Positions 1-13,234 of a stretch of 64,000 nt of DNA are shown here, in pieces. Origin of the DNA: Lama guanicoe (lineage: Eukaryota); contig MU054831.1 in the NCBI GenBank assembly GCA_013239625.1, positions 1,823,408-1,887,407 of the forward strand, written 5' to 3'. The notes below the pieces were generated by a model, which saw only the letters and a list, made by a program, of their open reading frames with translations, did not search any database and was not told the origin of the DNA. Position numbers and translations under genes: made by a program. Numbering within the stretch: the stretch's first letter is position 1; each line of letters opens with the position of its first letter.

Positions 1-1959
1 GTCTCGGCCGCAGCCCCGTGTTTCCATGTTGCACTGGGCCCCGCACGTCGGGAGGGCCAGCAGCTGCAGCTGGCGCAGGGAGCGGTGAGTCCCTCACTGG
101 GTCCTCTTTTGCAGGACAGGCACCTCTGAATTCACTAGGACCAGAGGGCAGGACAGACCCTTCGGTCTTTTGGAGTTTCCTGCCCAAGTGTTAGGGGGTG
201 GGAGGGAGGGCAAGAAATAGGTAACTGAACAGAGTAATTTCAGACAGTGAAATGGCTGCTGTGTGGCACCAGAGGGTCAGGGTGGGGGCAGCCAGCTTGT
301 CCCTCACGCAGCGGCTGAGGGAGGCCAGGGTGGGCCCTGGGGTGGATGGGGGCCAGGAGTGGATGGGGAGAGCGTGAGTCACACTAGGAGTCTGGGGTCC
401 TTGGGCAGGGGACGTGGGAGGACAGACAAGGGGCAGAGTCTGACTGCCCTGCTGATGACCTGGTGGTATCGTCACTCAGCCAGGAACTTTGGACGTGAAA
501 TGGCCTGCAGGGCAGTCCCAGTGCACGGCCGGTCTGAGGCTGGCCCCTGGTGACCCTGTTGCCACCGCCCCACCCACACACCATCTCCTGATGCCACATG
601 GCCCTGCTTCACCGCTTCCAGGCAGCCCCTGACAGGGCCCTTCCACAGGGGCCGGACCCTGCGCCGCCCTGGCTCCCAGGGGCGCCCTCTCCCCTCAGCC
701 CGCGAACGGACCAGTGGTTGAGGAAGCCCCGTGTGGACTCGGCTGAGGTCTGGGTGGTGGGGGAAGAGCTGCTGTTGTCTTGATTATCAGTCTGGTGAGA
801 TTATAGCTTTTTTTTTCTTCTTAAATAATAGCAAAGTAAGAAACTCAGCATAGAAATAGAAATAAATGAAATGTGAATCTCCGGTTATCTCAGTGGTCTA
901 AAAAGTGTCTATAAAAGTAGAAGCAGAGCCCTGGCTGGTGGAGAGGCTGGTTCACGGTCGCTCCTTTTCCTCTCTCGTGGTGGAAGCCCTTCCAGGGAGC
1001 CTTGCTTGACACACAAACACTTCAGAGCAGACAGGGCATCTCTCGCTGAACCCGGGCCTTGGAGACAGGCTGAGCCTCTGGAAGGGGCTGCCGCCTTCCT
1101 AACAGGTTTTGATTTCTTGGGGCAGTGTAGGCGGCCAGCTTCTCACTCCCCCTTCCAGGGCCCACAGAGCAGCAGGCCTTTGCCTCCTTCAGAGTCACCT
1201 GGTGGCGCGGACCCCTCAGCGCTGCTCCCCGAGGGGCGGAGCCGGCAGCCACGAGACACACGCGTGGCCCAATTTGCATAGCCCCAGCCAGCTTACTTCC
1301 GATTCCAGGGGAGACTCAATTGTGTTGCTTGTTGCTCTAGAGAGCAGTTAAGTTCCTGTTCCAGGAAGATTAAAAACAGCAGGGTAGCTGATTAAAAATG
1401 AAAACAAGAGGTAAAAACTGACTAATCTGCAAATCCACAGTAGTAGGAGGTTGAACGCAGTCAAGTAAAACCTCAGGACACAGGCATCTCCGGCATGGGG
1501 GCGGCCTCTCCCTGCCCTGGGCTCCAGCGCCGCCGGCCACTGGACCAGGAGGTGCCTGTGCCGGGTCCACACAGCGGGCGCCGGCGGCAGCCTCACCTGA
1601 GTGCTGGAGTTTCCCACAGTGGGTCCCACCCCAGATGGGTGACTGGACTGGTCTGGGGGTGGTCTGGGTCCAGGTGCAGAGGGTGGCGCCACCGAGGGCT
1701 TAAAGCTGCGGGTTCACAAAGGGCTCCGTCCACGCAAGTAGAGCTGTTAACAAAACCAAACCGAGCCAAACACCTGTGCCCTGGGGTCAGGCGAATGCAG
1801 AGGGAGACGGGCACTCACCCGTACAGTGTGGCCTGTCCTCTCACTGGGGTGGCGGTGCCCTCGCGCCTTCACAGCGGCCATGCAGAGGTGGCCAGGAGCT
1901 CACATGAGCAGCTCGTTCCTGGGTGCTTACGTGTAGGTGGGGTTTTGATTTGCAGGTGA

Positions 1960-2475
<516 letters not shown>

Positions 2476-4198
2476 TGAACCCCGCCGCCCTCCTCCCTGA
2501 GAGGCTCTCCCGCTCCTGCACAGGACGCCCACCCCAAGTGCCCTGTGCCCACAGCGCCAGCCCTGCGAGTCCCGAGAGCCACAGCTGGTGCCCCGGTGGG
2601 GGAGGGCTCGGGGCACATCCCTGTACGGCGGGTCCTGCTCCCAGCGTCCGTCTCAAAAAGCCGGTACCCCGGCCCTGGAGGTGAGAGCTGTCGCTCTGAC
2701 GTGGCAGGGGTTAAGTGGAGGTTTCTCTGAAGGTGGGGTTTTTCGCTGGTCCTGCCCCATCTGGTAAATCCCATGTTTCTAAGCTGCCCCCACTGCCCAT
2801 CAAACAGTGTCAGAAGCACTGGAGAGCCAGAGAATCGTCCTGGGAAGCGTGGGACAGGTGGGCTGAGGGAGGAGGAGGCAGCTTGGCTGGGAGTTCCCCT
2901 CCTCCTGGGCCACGCGCTGCTCTTGGCCTCCACCTAGCTGCCGAGAAGGAGGCGGGCGCTCCTTCGCAGTGGGAGCCGGGAGCTGACTCCCTGGCCCGGA
3001 TCTCAGAGCCTGGCCTGCAGGGCCCTCAGGGTCGGGAGCTGGGGGTGGGTGCTGCCATCCCCCCCCGCCGCCAGTGTCCAGCTGGCCCCGGCTCTCAGAG
3101 TCCAGCGGGCCCCACGGGCAGCCGTGGGCAGCACTCGGGTTGTGGGGGCGCCTGCTCGCCTGCTTCTGGGCTGGGCCTCTTGACCCGCGATGGCTCTGGG
3201 GGGTGGCCTGCTGAGGGAGGCGGCCCAGGCCTCCCCTCCGCTCGCCGGCACAACCTCCCCCCGCCTGCTATGGCGCTTCCTCTTCCCGAGCCGGCGAGTC
3301 CAGACCGGGCAGAGTCTCGAGCCGTCGGTTATGTGGGTGGTGGGCGCTCGGGAGGGAGGGGCAGACGGCTCCGGTGGGATTTCTTTGAGAGGTTTTAACC
3401 AGGTGATGCTGTTGTCAGACACCCATAGCCCAACAGGAAAGCATGAGGGCGAAACAAGCCCTTCCAGAGCGTCGCGCATCCCAGGGCTTCCCATCACCCA
3501 TTTGCACGAGCAGCAGTAGCGGCCGCCTTGCGAGGGGGATCCGGGTGGAACGGACTCCTCAGTCCTGGCTCCCGTGGGGTGGAGCCTGGTCCCCCCCCGA
3601 GAGTGGTGGGCCGCTTACACCTCCACAGCTCCCTGGAGGTTACCTTGGGGTGGCTTTTTCGGATCACTCTGATCAGTCACGGAAGCCACCAGCTCTGGTC
3701 TTCCCTGCACGTTTGAAAAATGAGAGGATTGGTTCCAAGTGAACGTTAACGTGGGGAGACTCTAAGTCGGCACAGATGGTAACTTTGACCTTCCCTGGCT
3801 CCCAGCCGTTGGCTTCTGTGTTTTCTTGCCTTTCGTTGTTAGAATATTAACAAGAGTTCAGGGCTTATGTTTCTGGTGTTGAAGATCATCTTGAGACTTC
3901 TCAAAAGAGGAATAAAATTGGCCGTGTGCCAGCCGAGCCGGCTCAGGTGGAGCCTCCAGGAACCACAGGTCTGCAGAGCTCATGACGCATCGATGGCCGA
4001 GCTGAGAGTAGGAATTGGCTCCAGGGCCCCTGTTTGGGGACCATGGTCCTGTCCTTCCTTGCGGGACTCCTGCCAGTCAGCCGGCCCCGAAGCACAGCTC
4101 CCCGGGGGGCCAGGGCAGCCTGGGCCCCCGTGAGCATGTCCAGTGGCCTTGCCCGGAACCCTCGCTGAGCCCGGCTCACGAGTGCTTCTCCCCCACAG

Positions 4199-4311
4199 AC
4201 TCCGCGTGCAGCAGTGCCCCGGGCTCCGCCCCCAGCTCACCCAACAACAGCTCCGGGAACGTCAGCACGGAGAATGGGATCGCGCCCGCCGTCCCCAGCA
4301 TCCCGACCGAG
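4199..4311 (+). CDS. HDAC4: HDAC4 coding exon (~exon 9), Ser-rich region
   Basis: ccccacag|ACTCC ... ACCGAG|gtcagt; 113 nt; (D)[37 protein letters not shown]. Confidence 0.96.
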
Positions 4312-7079
4312 GTCAGTGCCCAGAGCTCCCATCCCTGTCCGGTGTTTTTGGCCAGCCCAGAGGTGGAGCCAAAGAGCAGTTTCCATATGCCCTTGAATCC
4401 TGTCAGGGCGGCATTTCAGAAGTGTCTCGGGAACCGTGAGCTTCAGGCCACAGGGCCAGTGCCCCTTGCCTCTGCCTGCAGACCCCAGGTGCCCTGCAGG
4501 TGCAGGGGGATGTGGGTGCACAGAGCTTCAGGGAGAAGGGGTGGGGGCCGCTCTGACCAGGAGGAGGGCCCCGGGCTGGCTGCAGGGCGTGCCCCTGACT
4601 GGACTTGGGTTGGGGCGGCGTTGAGGGCAGCAAGTTCCAGAACCTTCGCTCCATATGTTCACCTCTCCTGATTTCGCTCCCTCTGCCCATCCCACGGGTG
4701 TCTTTGGGGCTCCTGCCTCCTGCCTGTCTGGGTCCGGCCCCCAGCCAAGGGCGCTGCCCCCCGTACTGCCCAGGATGGGCAGGTGCTGACCAGTACTGGG
4801 AAGGATGCAGGAATTTCATGCAGCCGAGCACATGGGGAAGCCGGCTCCACACCCAGTTCCCGGGAACCAAGCAGTGGTGCCTGCCGCCTCCTGCTGAGGA
4901 CGGTCCTGCTGAACAGGGGTTTCTCCTGGTTTTTGTTTTAAGCACCCTCTAACTTGCAGGAGGTTGTAATGTATTCAACGCGGTTATTTGCTTTCCTCTT
5001 ACGCGTTCAGGCACGAACCCCGCCCTCCCAGAGGCTGACAGCTCTTGGCCGGCGTCCGCAGGCGCACGTGCATGCCAAGCATTTTCATTTCAAATTTCTA
5101 GACGCTTAATGTGTCAGCAGATTTTTGGAATCCAAAGTTACTGCTGGAAATGATTTTGCACCCCTGCCTCTAGTTTGCTTAATCCATATTCTTTTTCTTT
5201 ACGTCTCTTTCTTTTATGACCTGTCCACTTCAACCTACCTGTTTAAATACTTGTTTATAGATGGTTGAGTTTTAACAGTCCTTCTCTGTAAGACTGAGGT
5301 CATAGCTGAGGTCTACCTGGAATTAGCCTTAGAACCTGGCCTAAAAGCTGCTTCCTGGACCGAGACGTAAATGGTATCTGTGGCTTGTTGATAGTGGCCG
5401 CAGATCTTGAGTTTACTTAACTTCGGCAGTTACCTACCTAATGGTTCATGTTGTCAAGATGCCTTATTCAGGTGGATGCCGGTTTAAATTGTGTGTTAAT
5501 TTTTGCAAATCACATGGTAAAGTCAGTTCAGCTCCTGCAAGTTCATAGAAGATGGAAAAGGAGTCACAGGAATGTGAAGGGTGCAGTTTTCATGGGAGAG
5601 GCTCACGGTACTCACAGGGGGCTCTTTGAGAATTCGATCACGTCCTTTGTGGATTTCAAGTAGAAATCCTTAGAACAGGACAGTTCCCTGAGCGCTTCTG
5701 TGACGCCGAGGCCAAGGCCGAGGCTGGCCGCTCCACGTCCTCTGATCCAGAGGCAGCGTGGGGGCCTCACACAGGAGGGGGTCCTTGTGTGGGAGGGGAC
5801 CACTGGCCTGGCTCTGCACCCCCTCCCGCTGGACAGAGAGAAGCTCAGCACCCCCCACCTCCCTCATGCGGAGGAAGCTGGGCTCCCCTAGCCCGGAGAC
5901 AGTCTCCCGGAGGAGCCGCGCCGTCCGGTGCAGAAAGCCAAGTGTGGTCGGAGGCATGCCGCGGGCGCGCTGACCCGGCCCGGACTCTCCATGGAGCCCT
6001 GGGCAGCTGAGCATTTTCATAATGGGGCAGGTGGAGGCGGCCAACACCGGAAACATGGACAAGTCAACACACCAGGCGATTCCCAGAAGGCTGCTTCATT
6101 TCCAAAAATAAATTAGGTTTAAAAAAACAAGACAGGCTGGCTTGTAAAGAGGAAATGATAACTTTGCAAATGTCGGATGTTTGCTTATTTTGTTCCTGAA
6201 CAATTATAATACAGCGAAACCGTGCTTTCCTTGGCAGTGTCAGTCACTTTCTCTAAATCATAGCTTGCCGGTGCTTTTGTCTAGGAGAAGGCGACTTCTT
6301 AAGTAGCCCTCTAGGCGTTACAATTCAGCGTGATGTGTGGCCAAACATCTGTCCGGGTGAGGGCGCACTCAGTTTCCTCCCCAGTGAAGAGAGCCGGTCT
6401 TTCTGTTTTCCCTGATGGCACGAGGACGGCGTTCATCAGGTGTGTGTTTCCAGATGACGCCGAGTATGACAGCATCAGAGCCACCTGGGGACCGTGCAGG
6501 GCTCGGAACGTCGATGCCCACGCCGGGAAGGTAGTCCCTCCGTCCTTCATCGGAGTGAACGGCGGCGCCTCCTGGCTGGGGCTGCGGCCCACACGCCGCT
6601 GTTTACAGTAACTCAGGATGACTTTCGACTCATATTTTTTTTACCTTGCAGATGAAATTTTAAAGCACCCACAGCATTTCTCATCCTTAACTATTGAGTC
6701 CACTGTGAGAAGCAGGAGAAAACTGGTCCAGGGCCGTTACCAGTGTTGTCTCCGTACACCACCAGCGAGCGCTGGGACGGGCCACCTGCTCGTCCTCTTC
6801 TTTGTGTGCTCTTGGTCCTGCACGTGTCCCTGAGGGTCTCCTGAGGAGGGGACCCTGCGTGAATGAAACAGTGTTCTTATAGCAAAGAATGTCATTTTAG
6901 TGACAAAACGATGTGAAATACTGCAGTATTCAAGTCCTTGGAGGATGCTGCCTGACCACACACAGTAAATAAGGTCCCGAGTAACCGGCACAGCTTTCCC
7001 CGACCGCCCGAGCATCCCCGTGTGTAAACACGTGCCCTCCCCGACTTCCCCGGCACGTGCGCGCGCGCCCCTGGTCAGG

Positions 7080-7320
7080 TCTGTCTGCATCTGGCCGCTT
7101 CCTCAGAACACATCCTGCAAGAGGAGTTGGTCTCTAGGATCAAACGTTAGGTCAGTTTCTCAGGCTTCAGACGTGGACTGCCAAACTGTCCTGCAGAAAG
7201 AGCGGGCCCGTGTATAACCCACCTGGCAGTGCGCTTCTGCTTCTCTGGGTTAAGATGCTGGAGTCACTTGAGAATCTTTGCCAACTTGATAGGTTCTTAA
7301 ATATGTGTTTAGATTTTTAG
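7080..7320 (-). mobile_element. Degenerate ancient L1 (L1M/L1ME-like) fragment
   Basis: 'cccacctggcagtgcg' and 'tttgccaacttgataggt' resemble antisense L1M 3' motifs recalled from consensus; boundaries approximate. Confidence 0.45.
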
Positions 7321-7329
7321 AGATGTTTT

Positions 7330-7513
7330 TGTTTTTATTTTTATTTTTTAATATATTTTAGTTGAAGTTTAGTCAGTTTACAGTGCTGTGTCGGTTGCTA
7401 GTGGACAGCACGGCGACTCAGCCGTACGGGCGCACACGCGTTTGTTTCCGTGTTCTTTTTAACCGTAACTCACTACAAGATGGTGAGAGCAGCTCCCTGT
7501 GCTCTGCAGCGCG
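7330..7513 (-). mobile_element. 5'-truncated L1 3' end with 10-bp TSD, strongly GC-shifted
   Basis: T-rich tail followed by 'gttgaagtttagtcagtttac', which aligns to the reverse complement of the L1 end at ~50150-50320; gagatgtttt at both 7320-7329 and 7514-7523. Confidence 0.8.
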
Positions 7514-8064
7514 GAGATGTTTTCAGGTCACGGGTGACGCTGAGTCTTTTTTCCCCCTGACTTTCGTCCCCATGTTGGTTCCTCTTTGCCATCACTTTCC
7601 TCAAATTGCTGTTAGATTTGCACGCTCTCTACATGCTGCTTTTGCGCCACGCGTGCCCGACTCTGGCGTCACCCTTGTTTGCCTTTTATGTCGGGGTTTT
7701 TTTCATCGGTGTTTTCCCCCCTAGTTCCTACCTCCCGTGTTATGTTTGGAAGGACGACTCGACCCCGGGAGTGTATTTTAAGCACATTGTCATAGATCTC
7801 ATCCTGAGAGCTTGCTGATGAATGAGTGATCTGAACCAAAGCAAACAAGAGTGTGATGGGTGCAGATTTCCGTGCCCGTGGCCGGCTTTGAAATGTCGCA
7901 CTCGCCTGCGTGCTGTAGCTTGCTACGTACTTTTGCCCCGGGTGTTCCACAACTCGGCGCAGGCCGCCCTGCAGGCCTCCCTGCAGGTGTTTCCCCTGGT
8001 GTGTGTTGCCCGGGCGTGGCCGGGGCAGACCCCCCGTGACGGCCCCCATGCGCTCTGTCTCCAG

Positions 8065-8181
8065 GCCAGCTTGGCGCACCGACTGGTGACCCGGGAAGGC
8101 TCCGTGGGCCCGCTGCCCCTCTACACGTCACCCTCCTTGCCCAACATCACGCTGGGACTTCCTGCCACCGGCCCGTCTGCT
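8065..8181 (+). CDS. HDAC4: HDAC4 coding exon (~exon 10), PSLPNI (PxLPxI) ankyrin-repeat-binding motif
   Basis: gtctccag|GCCAGC ... TCTGCT|gtaagt; 117 nt; [39 protein letters not shown]. Confidence 0.96.
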
Positions 8182-8268
8182 GTAAGTAGGCGTCCGTGGG
8201 TCTGCGTGGCGGTGGCCCCCAGCGGCTGTCGCCAGCCTGACCCTGGACGTCCGGTTGTGCCTCTGCAG

Positions 8269-8467
8269 GGGGCGGCAGGCCAGCAGGAAGCTGAGAGGCT
8301 GACCCTCCCAGCCCTCCAGCAGCGCCTCTCTCTGTTTCCCGGCACCCATCTCGCCCCCTACCTGAGCACGGCGCCCCTGGAGCGGGACGCGGGGGCGGCG
8401 CACAGCTCCCTCCTGCAGCACATGGTCCTCCTGGAGCAGCCGCCCGCACAGACGCCCCTCGTCACAG
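8269..8467 (+). CDS. HDAC4: HDAC4 coding exon (~exon 11)
   Basis: cctctgcag|GGGGCG ... GTCACAG|gtgagt; 199 nt; [28 protein letters not shown]...[10 protein letters not shown]. Confidence 0.95.
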
Positions 8468-11400
8468 GTGAGTGCCGGCCGGGCCACGGAGGGAGGGCCG
8501 CAGGCTGCTGTTTCCACCCCCAGGGCTCCCGTGCGCCGCCCCCTCGCGGGAGCGTGTGCTCGGATGAACCAGGTCTACCTGCAGCGCCAGGTACAGCACA
8601 GAGTGTCTGATGTACCTTCTGTTCAATTTCTGAGAGGAGGTTAGCAGCCCCGGCGATATGTCTGCCGTTTGGGTCAAGTTGGACACGCGACGGGCACAGT
8701 GTGGATTCTGGTAGGTGTTCGATTTCTATGGGCAGTAAAACTTCTTCCCATGTGCCCTGTCTAAGGGGTGGTTCTATTCAGAAAACAGCAGGGAATTTGT
8801 TGTGAAATTCACACAGCAGCAACAGCGTAGAAGTGTTACACAACTGTAGGGTTTGCTGTGACACAAGGAGGGCCCTGCTGTAGGGCTGTCATCCCCCTCC
8901 CAGGCCCCACCCACAGCTGGGGGTCAGCTTCCCCCCAGACTTTATGAAGGTTGGCTGAGCTCCAAGTACCCATGGGGCAACCCTGACCCCCAGGCCCTCT
9001 TCAGCCGCTCTCTGTGATGGTCTCAGTGGTTAGGTTACTCTTGGTTTTATCATTCTTACCCTCCCTTACTTCCCCACCTGCCCGTCTGTCCTTAACAGGG
9101 TCTCGTGGGCCCTTCCCTGACCCCAGGTCTCTCTGGGGTCACCCTGCACCCTGGGGGAAGAACCTCCAACAGCGTCCCCATTCTCCATCCATCCTCCAGG
9201 CCCAAGGAGCCCTTCTGCTGTCCAGCCTGGTGCAGGCCGGTGTGGGAGCATCAGTGTGTGGCCATGAACATTGAAAGTTAAAAGCACAGGGAAAATGTGG
9301 TTTTCTAGCCCTACGTGCGGCTCATCCAGTGCCCCCCGCACCCACCCGGTGTTCAGTGCGTGCTGGGTACACAGTGGGGATTTCTGCGGTTGAACTGCGT
9401 GAAAGGCAGCTCGTGTCTAAGCAGAATCAGGAAGGGGCACTCACTGACTGCTGGCCTTTGGCCGGCTGTCTGAGGCTCCCGAGTGGTCAGCCCACAGCTG
9501 CCCTCTTGCTGATGGTCACTATGGATGGACAGTGTCAGGGCTTGTCATTTCACAAGTGCTTTGGAAGCAAGTCCCTGTGGGAGGAGCGGCCAGCCTGGGT
9601 CCAGCGGGGAGCAAGGGTGTGGGGTCTCAGGCCCACGTCCCCTCTCCCCGCAGGTCCACGTGGTGCTCACAGTGGCTCCCGCATCCACAGTATTAGCTGC
9701 CCCAGCCAGGCCCTCGACAGACAGTGGTTGTGTTCTCAGATCTTCTGAAGAGAGCAGAGTGCCCTGAAACAGTCCCAGGGTAGAGTCTCTGAGCAGCCGG
9801 CCAGGGCAGTGCGCACAGATCTGCCACCGTTTGGCAGAAGGAAGCTGTGTGTGCAGCTCATTGTGCTGCTCCCGTGGCTGGACACACGTGGGGTCCAGGC
9901 AGCCCAGACGAGTGCAGCGCTCCTGTGGCCAGCAAGCAGAGCTTTCAGACCAGTGTCTCCAACATGCCAGGCCCCAGGGAGGCCGGCCCCCGAAGACCCA
10001 CTGAGAGCTTTGTAGTTGGGGCGCGCAGAGGAGAGGGCTAGCCGCGAGGGCATGGGGACAGGGTGCGGTCCAGGAAGGCTTCCCAGGCAAGGTGCGTCTT
10101 CCCCGAGACCCTGCTCAGGAGTCACAGCTGAGTGGAGGGGGCGGGCCGGCAGCAGGAGCCAGTACTGCCCAGTGGGTGTGACGTGTCGTCCGTTCTTCCA
10201 GCCCCTGGCCACTCACCGGCGCTGTGGTGTGGCCGTGTAGCTGGGACCTGGTTAGCCGTCCCAGAGCTCCCGTGGAAGCTGATGGTCCAAGGGGGCCCGG
10301 CTGGGTTTCTGCACAGCGCCCAGGCCGTGCTTCTGTGCAGCCGGCATTGCAGACCTCTGGCCGCGTTCGTCTCACCTGAAGAGCCTTGAAGACTTTCACC
10401 ACAGCAGGGAGGGCAGTGGGCACTCCACAGGGAACGGTCAGGTCTTGGGCCACGGGAGTCACTCCTCTTGTGTGGATTCCTCTGCTTGGACAGAACCCGC
10501 AGCGCCAAGGCCGGCGCTTCAGAACCGGGCCCAGAACCCAGAGCAACTTGGCTTTTCAGCATCTTTTCTCTAACCTAAGTATGGACCTGGTGGAGGTGTC
10601 TCCGCAGTGCCTTTGTTTGCAGCTTCACTTCATGTGAATGAAGTCAGCCCAGGTGGCTGAGAGAAGGCCAGGTGCTCACTCAGGAGCTGTCATAGTCATG
10701 GCTACCACCACCACGTGTACATCGCAGACCCCCAGGGCAACTGGCCCACCCTCATCCCCCGGGCAGGAGCAGGGGGACCCTGGGGGCCTTGGCTTTGGTG
10801 CCATGGGCCGGAGGAGCAGAAGCCACAGCTCAGCCTCCCGGCAGCTAAGCACCAGGGGCGCGGCTCCAGGGCAGCCCGGCCTCCCTGCCCAGAGCAGGTC
10901 CCTGCGTCCCACCTCGCTCAGCTCTGCACAGCCGGCCTCTGCTGGCAGCTGGGCAGCTGGGACAGAATTCGATCCAAACCTAATCGCCCTTATACTTGAA
11001 AGTTTTACAGTGTGGACCGAAACCGACCAGTTCAGAGTTATCATCCAAACCTCTTGTCAGTGACCTAAGGGTCATCTTTAGGTTCTGAACCAGAAACTAC
11101 CTGGCCAGCTGATGGGTTTGCTCCAGAAAGTCAGGACGTCCGGTGTTCGGTGATGCTGATCAGTACACTTTTGCCCGAGTGTGGTGGCCCCACAGCGTTA
11201 CACTCCAGAGGAACTAGAGTGAAGTCAGAGTGAGCAGGATGAGGGTGGGAGGTGATGTGGAGCCAGAAGCGGACCGGGGTCCGGCCCAGGCAGCTCCGTG
11301 TCAGACAAGGCGCCCACGGGCTCTGGGTCTGAAAGCCAGGCCCTTCCACCGTCGGCCCGCGTCCCCGTGGGGACAGTGGCCTGCGTCCTCAGGGAGGTGT

Positions 11401-13234
11401 CTGCCCTGCGAGAAGGCAGGGGTCTCTGCACGCCGAGCTGCTGGGAGCCTCAGCGCGGGGCTGGGGGGCTCCCAGTGGGCCCCACACCAGCGCGGAAACC
11501 CGAGGCCCCTCCTCACCGCTCCTCTGAGCTCCTTGTTTTCCATCCCACGTCAGCCCTGGAGGGTGATCTCTGTGGAACTGGGGCTTCCTTCCCCAGACCC
11601 AGGAGGGGCTTCTCTGGGTGCGAGGCAGGGTCAGCCCGCACACCCCGCCCGGGGTCTGCTCCCCGGCACTTACCGAGCCTTCGCTCTCGTGACGCTGAAG
11701 CTTTGAAAACGACTCTGTTTTCTGAGACGGGAGCTCGTCAGTGACTGAGTAGCCTTTTAATCCCATGAGGGCAGTGTTGTGACATCCGTCTTTTCTCCGG
11801 GAAATAGTTCAATCCCTGCGATGCCTCGATCAGCAGTTGCTGAAATGCCTTCTTTAGGGTGAGTCTGTGGGTTTTTAGATTGTTCTAGAAAACTTGGGAG
11901 AGACTGAGTCTTCCTTTTGAGTTACTCGTTGTAATTTAGTAGCCAAGCAGACAGTAAAACTGAAGATCACTTATCCTTCCAGAAAGTTACTGGATTGTGT
12001 AAAAAGTGATGATGGTTTAGGAGACGATGGTTGATTTGCTTTTCGAAAAGAGAGCAAGGGACAGTTCTGCTAAGGCTGGATCTTTTTTTCTGTTTGCACA
12101 CGGAGTAGTATTTTTAATTTAGAAGTAGCCCCCACGAGGGAACCAGGAAAAGACTGAGAGTCAGTACCCACCAGGGGTCTCAGGCTCGACAAAGCATGAT
12201 GAGATAGTCCCACTGGCTTTGGAGTCCCTTGGAGGAAGACAGGAGCCACCGCCTGTCAGCAGGGCCGCTGGGGCAGGTGCCACGTTGCAGGCATCGTCCA
12301 CTCAGCGCAGCCGACAGCTGGGATTGGTCTGCTCGTTTGTCGTCTCCCCAAGTCAGACGCCCTGCTCTGGGGTCACATCAGTCTGAGGGATGTTGTGTGG
12401 GGATTCGCCCCACCAGGTGGTCAGGGAACGGTGTGTTAGACCCTTTTGCCCTCAGAACCAGGGAAAAATGGTAAACTAAACGAACAATTTTTAAAGCAAA
12501 AAGACTGGTGGTTGGAAGGATACAGAAAAAAAAAGTGTTTAACTTCCTGGGTTCACTGAAGAGGTTGCATTTAAAATAAGATGCAAAAGCAGGTTCACAG
12601 CAAGGGCATTGTCCCCTGTCAATACGGACACTCTGTCCAGGTCCAGCGAAGCCGCCGTGCTCGTGTGCAGCAGGTGGGTGTGTATGTTGGCAAAACTTCT
12701 CCATAAACTCGTGCAGAGACTTTGACCATGTGCATCAGGATTTGTTAAAGTGTTAATGCCCTCTTGATGTGTAAAACCGAGGCTTTAAGAGACCCTGGAA
12801 ATGGTTTGACTCGTGAGGACAGGCTCCTTCTTCACCAGACAGTTTCCTTGGAGGTCAGGGCAGAGCTCGCCTGCGGGTCCTCCAGAGCCGGGGCCGCCTT
12901 CCTCAGCCGGGCCCTGGCCAGCCTGCCTGCCCGCAGCGCTGCTCAGAGCCACGCCTTCCCGGGCCAGGGCCCCGCTTGGAGGCTTGGATCCCGTTTGCAG
13001 CGTGGGCCTGGCTGTCAGGAGACAGTGGCCTCCGAGTGAGCGTCTCTGCACCCGAGCCGAGCTCGGGGCATCAGCACGCCTGGAGCAAGGCCGGCGGGCC
13101 GCAGGGATCGGTGCCAGCCGGCGGGGGCAGTCTTGTGGTCCGCCAGCCACTCAGCAGCCCTCCCTGCCTCCCCTCTTCCCCTCCTCCCTCTGCCGCCTTT
13201 TCCTCCGTGTTATCTTCAGGCTGGTGTCTTTCAG

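Noticed and set aside
7053-7068. 16-bp alternating purine/pyrimidine run (gcacgtgcgcgcgcgc), Z-DNA-like or E-box
   Set aside because: It is short and adjacent to TE-derived sequence; plausibly a by-product of GC drift, with no other support.
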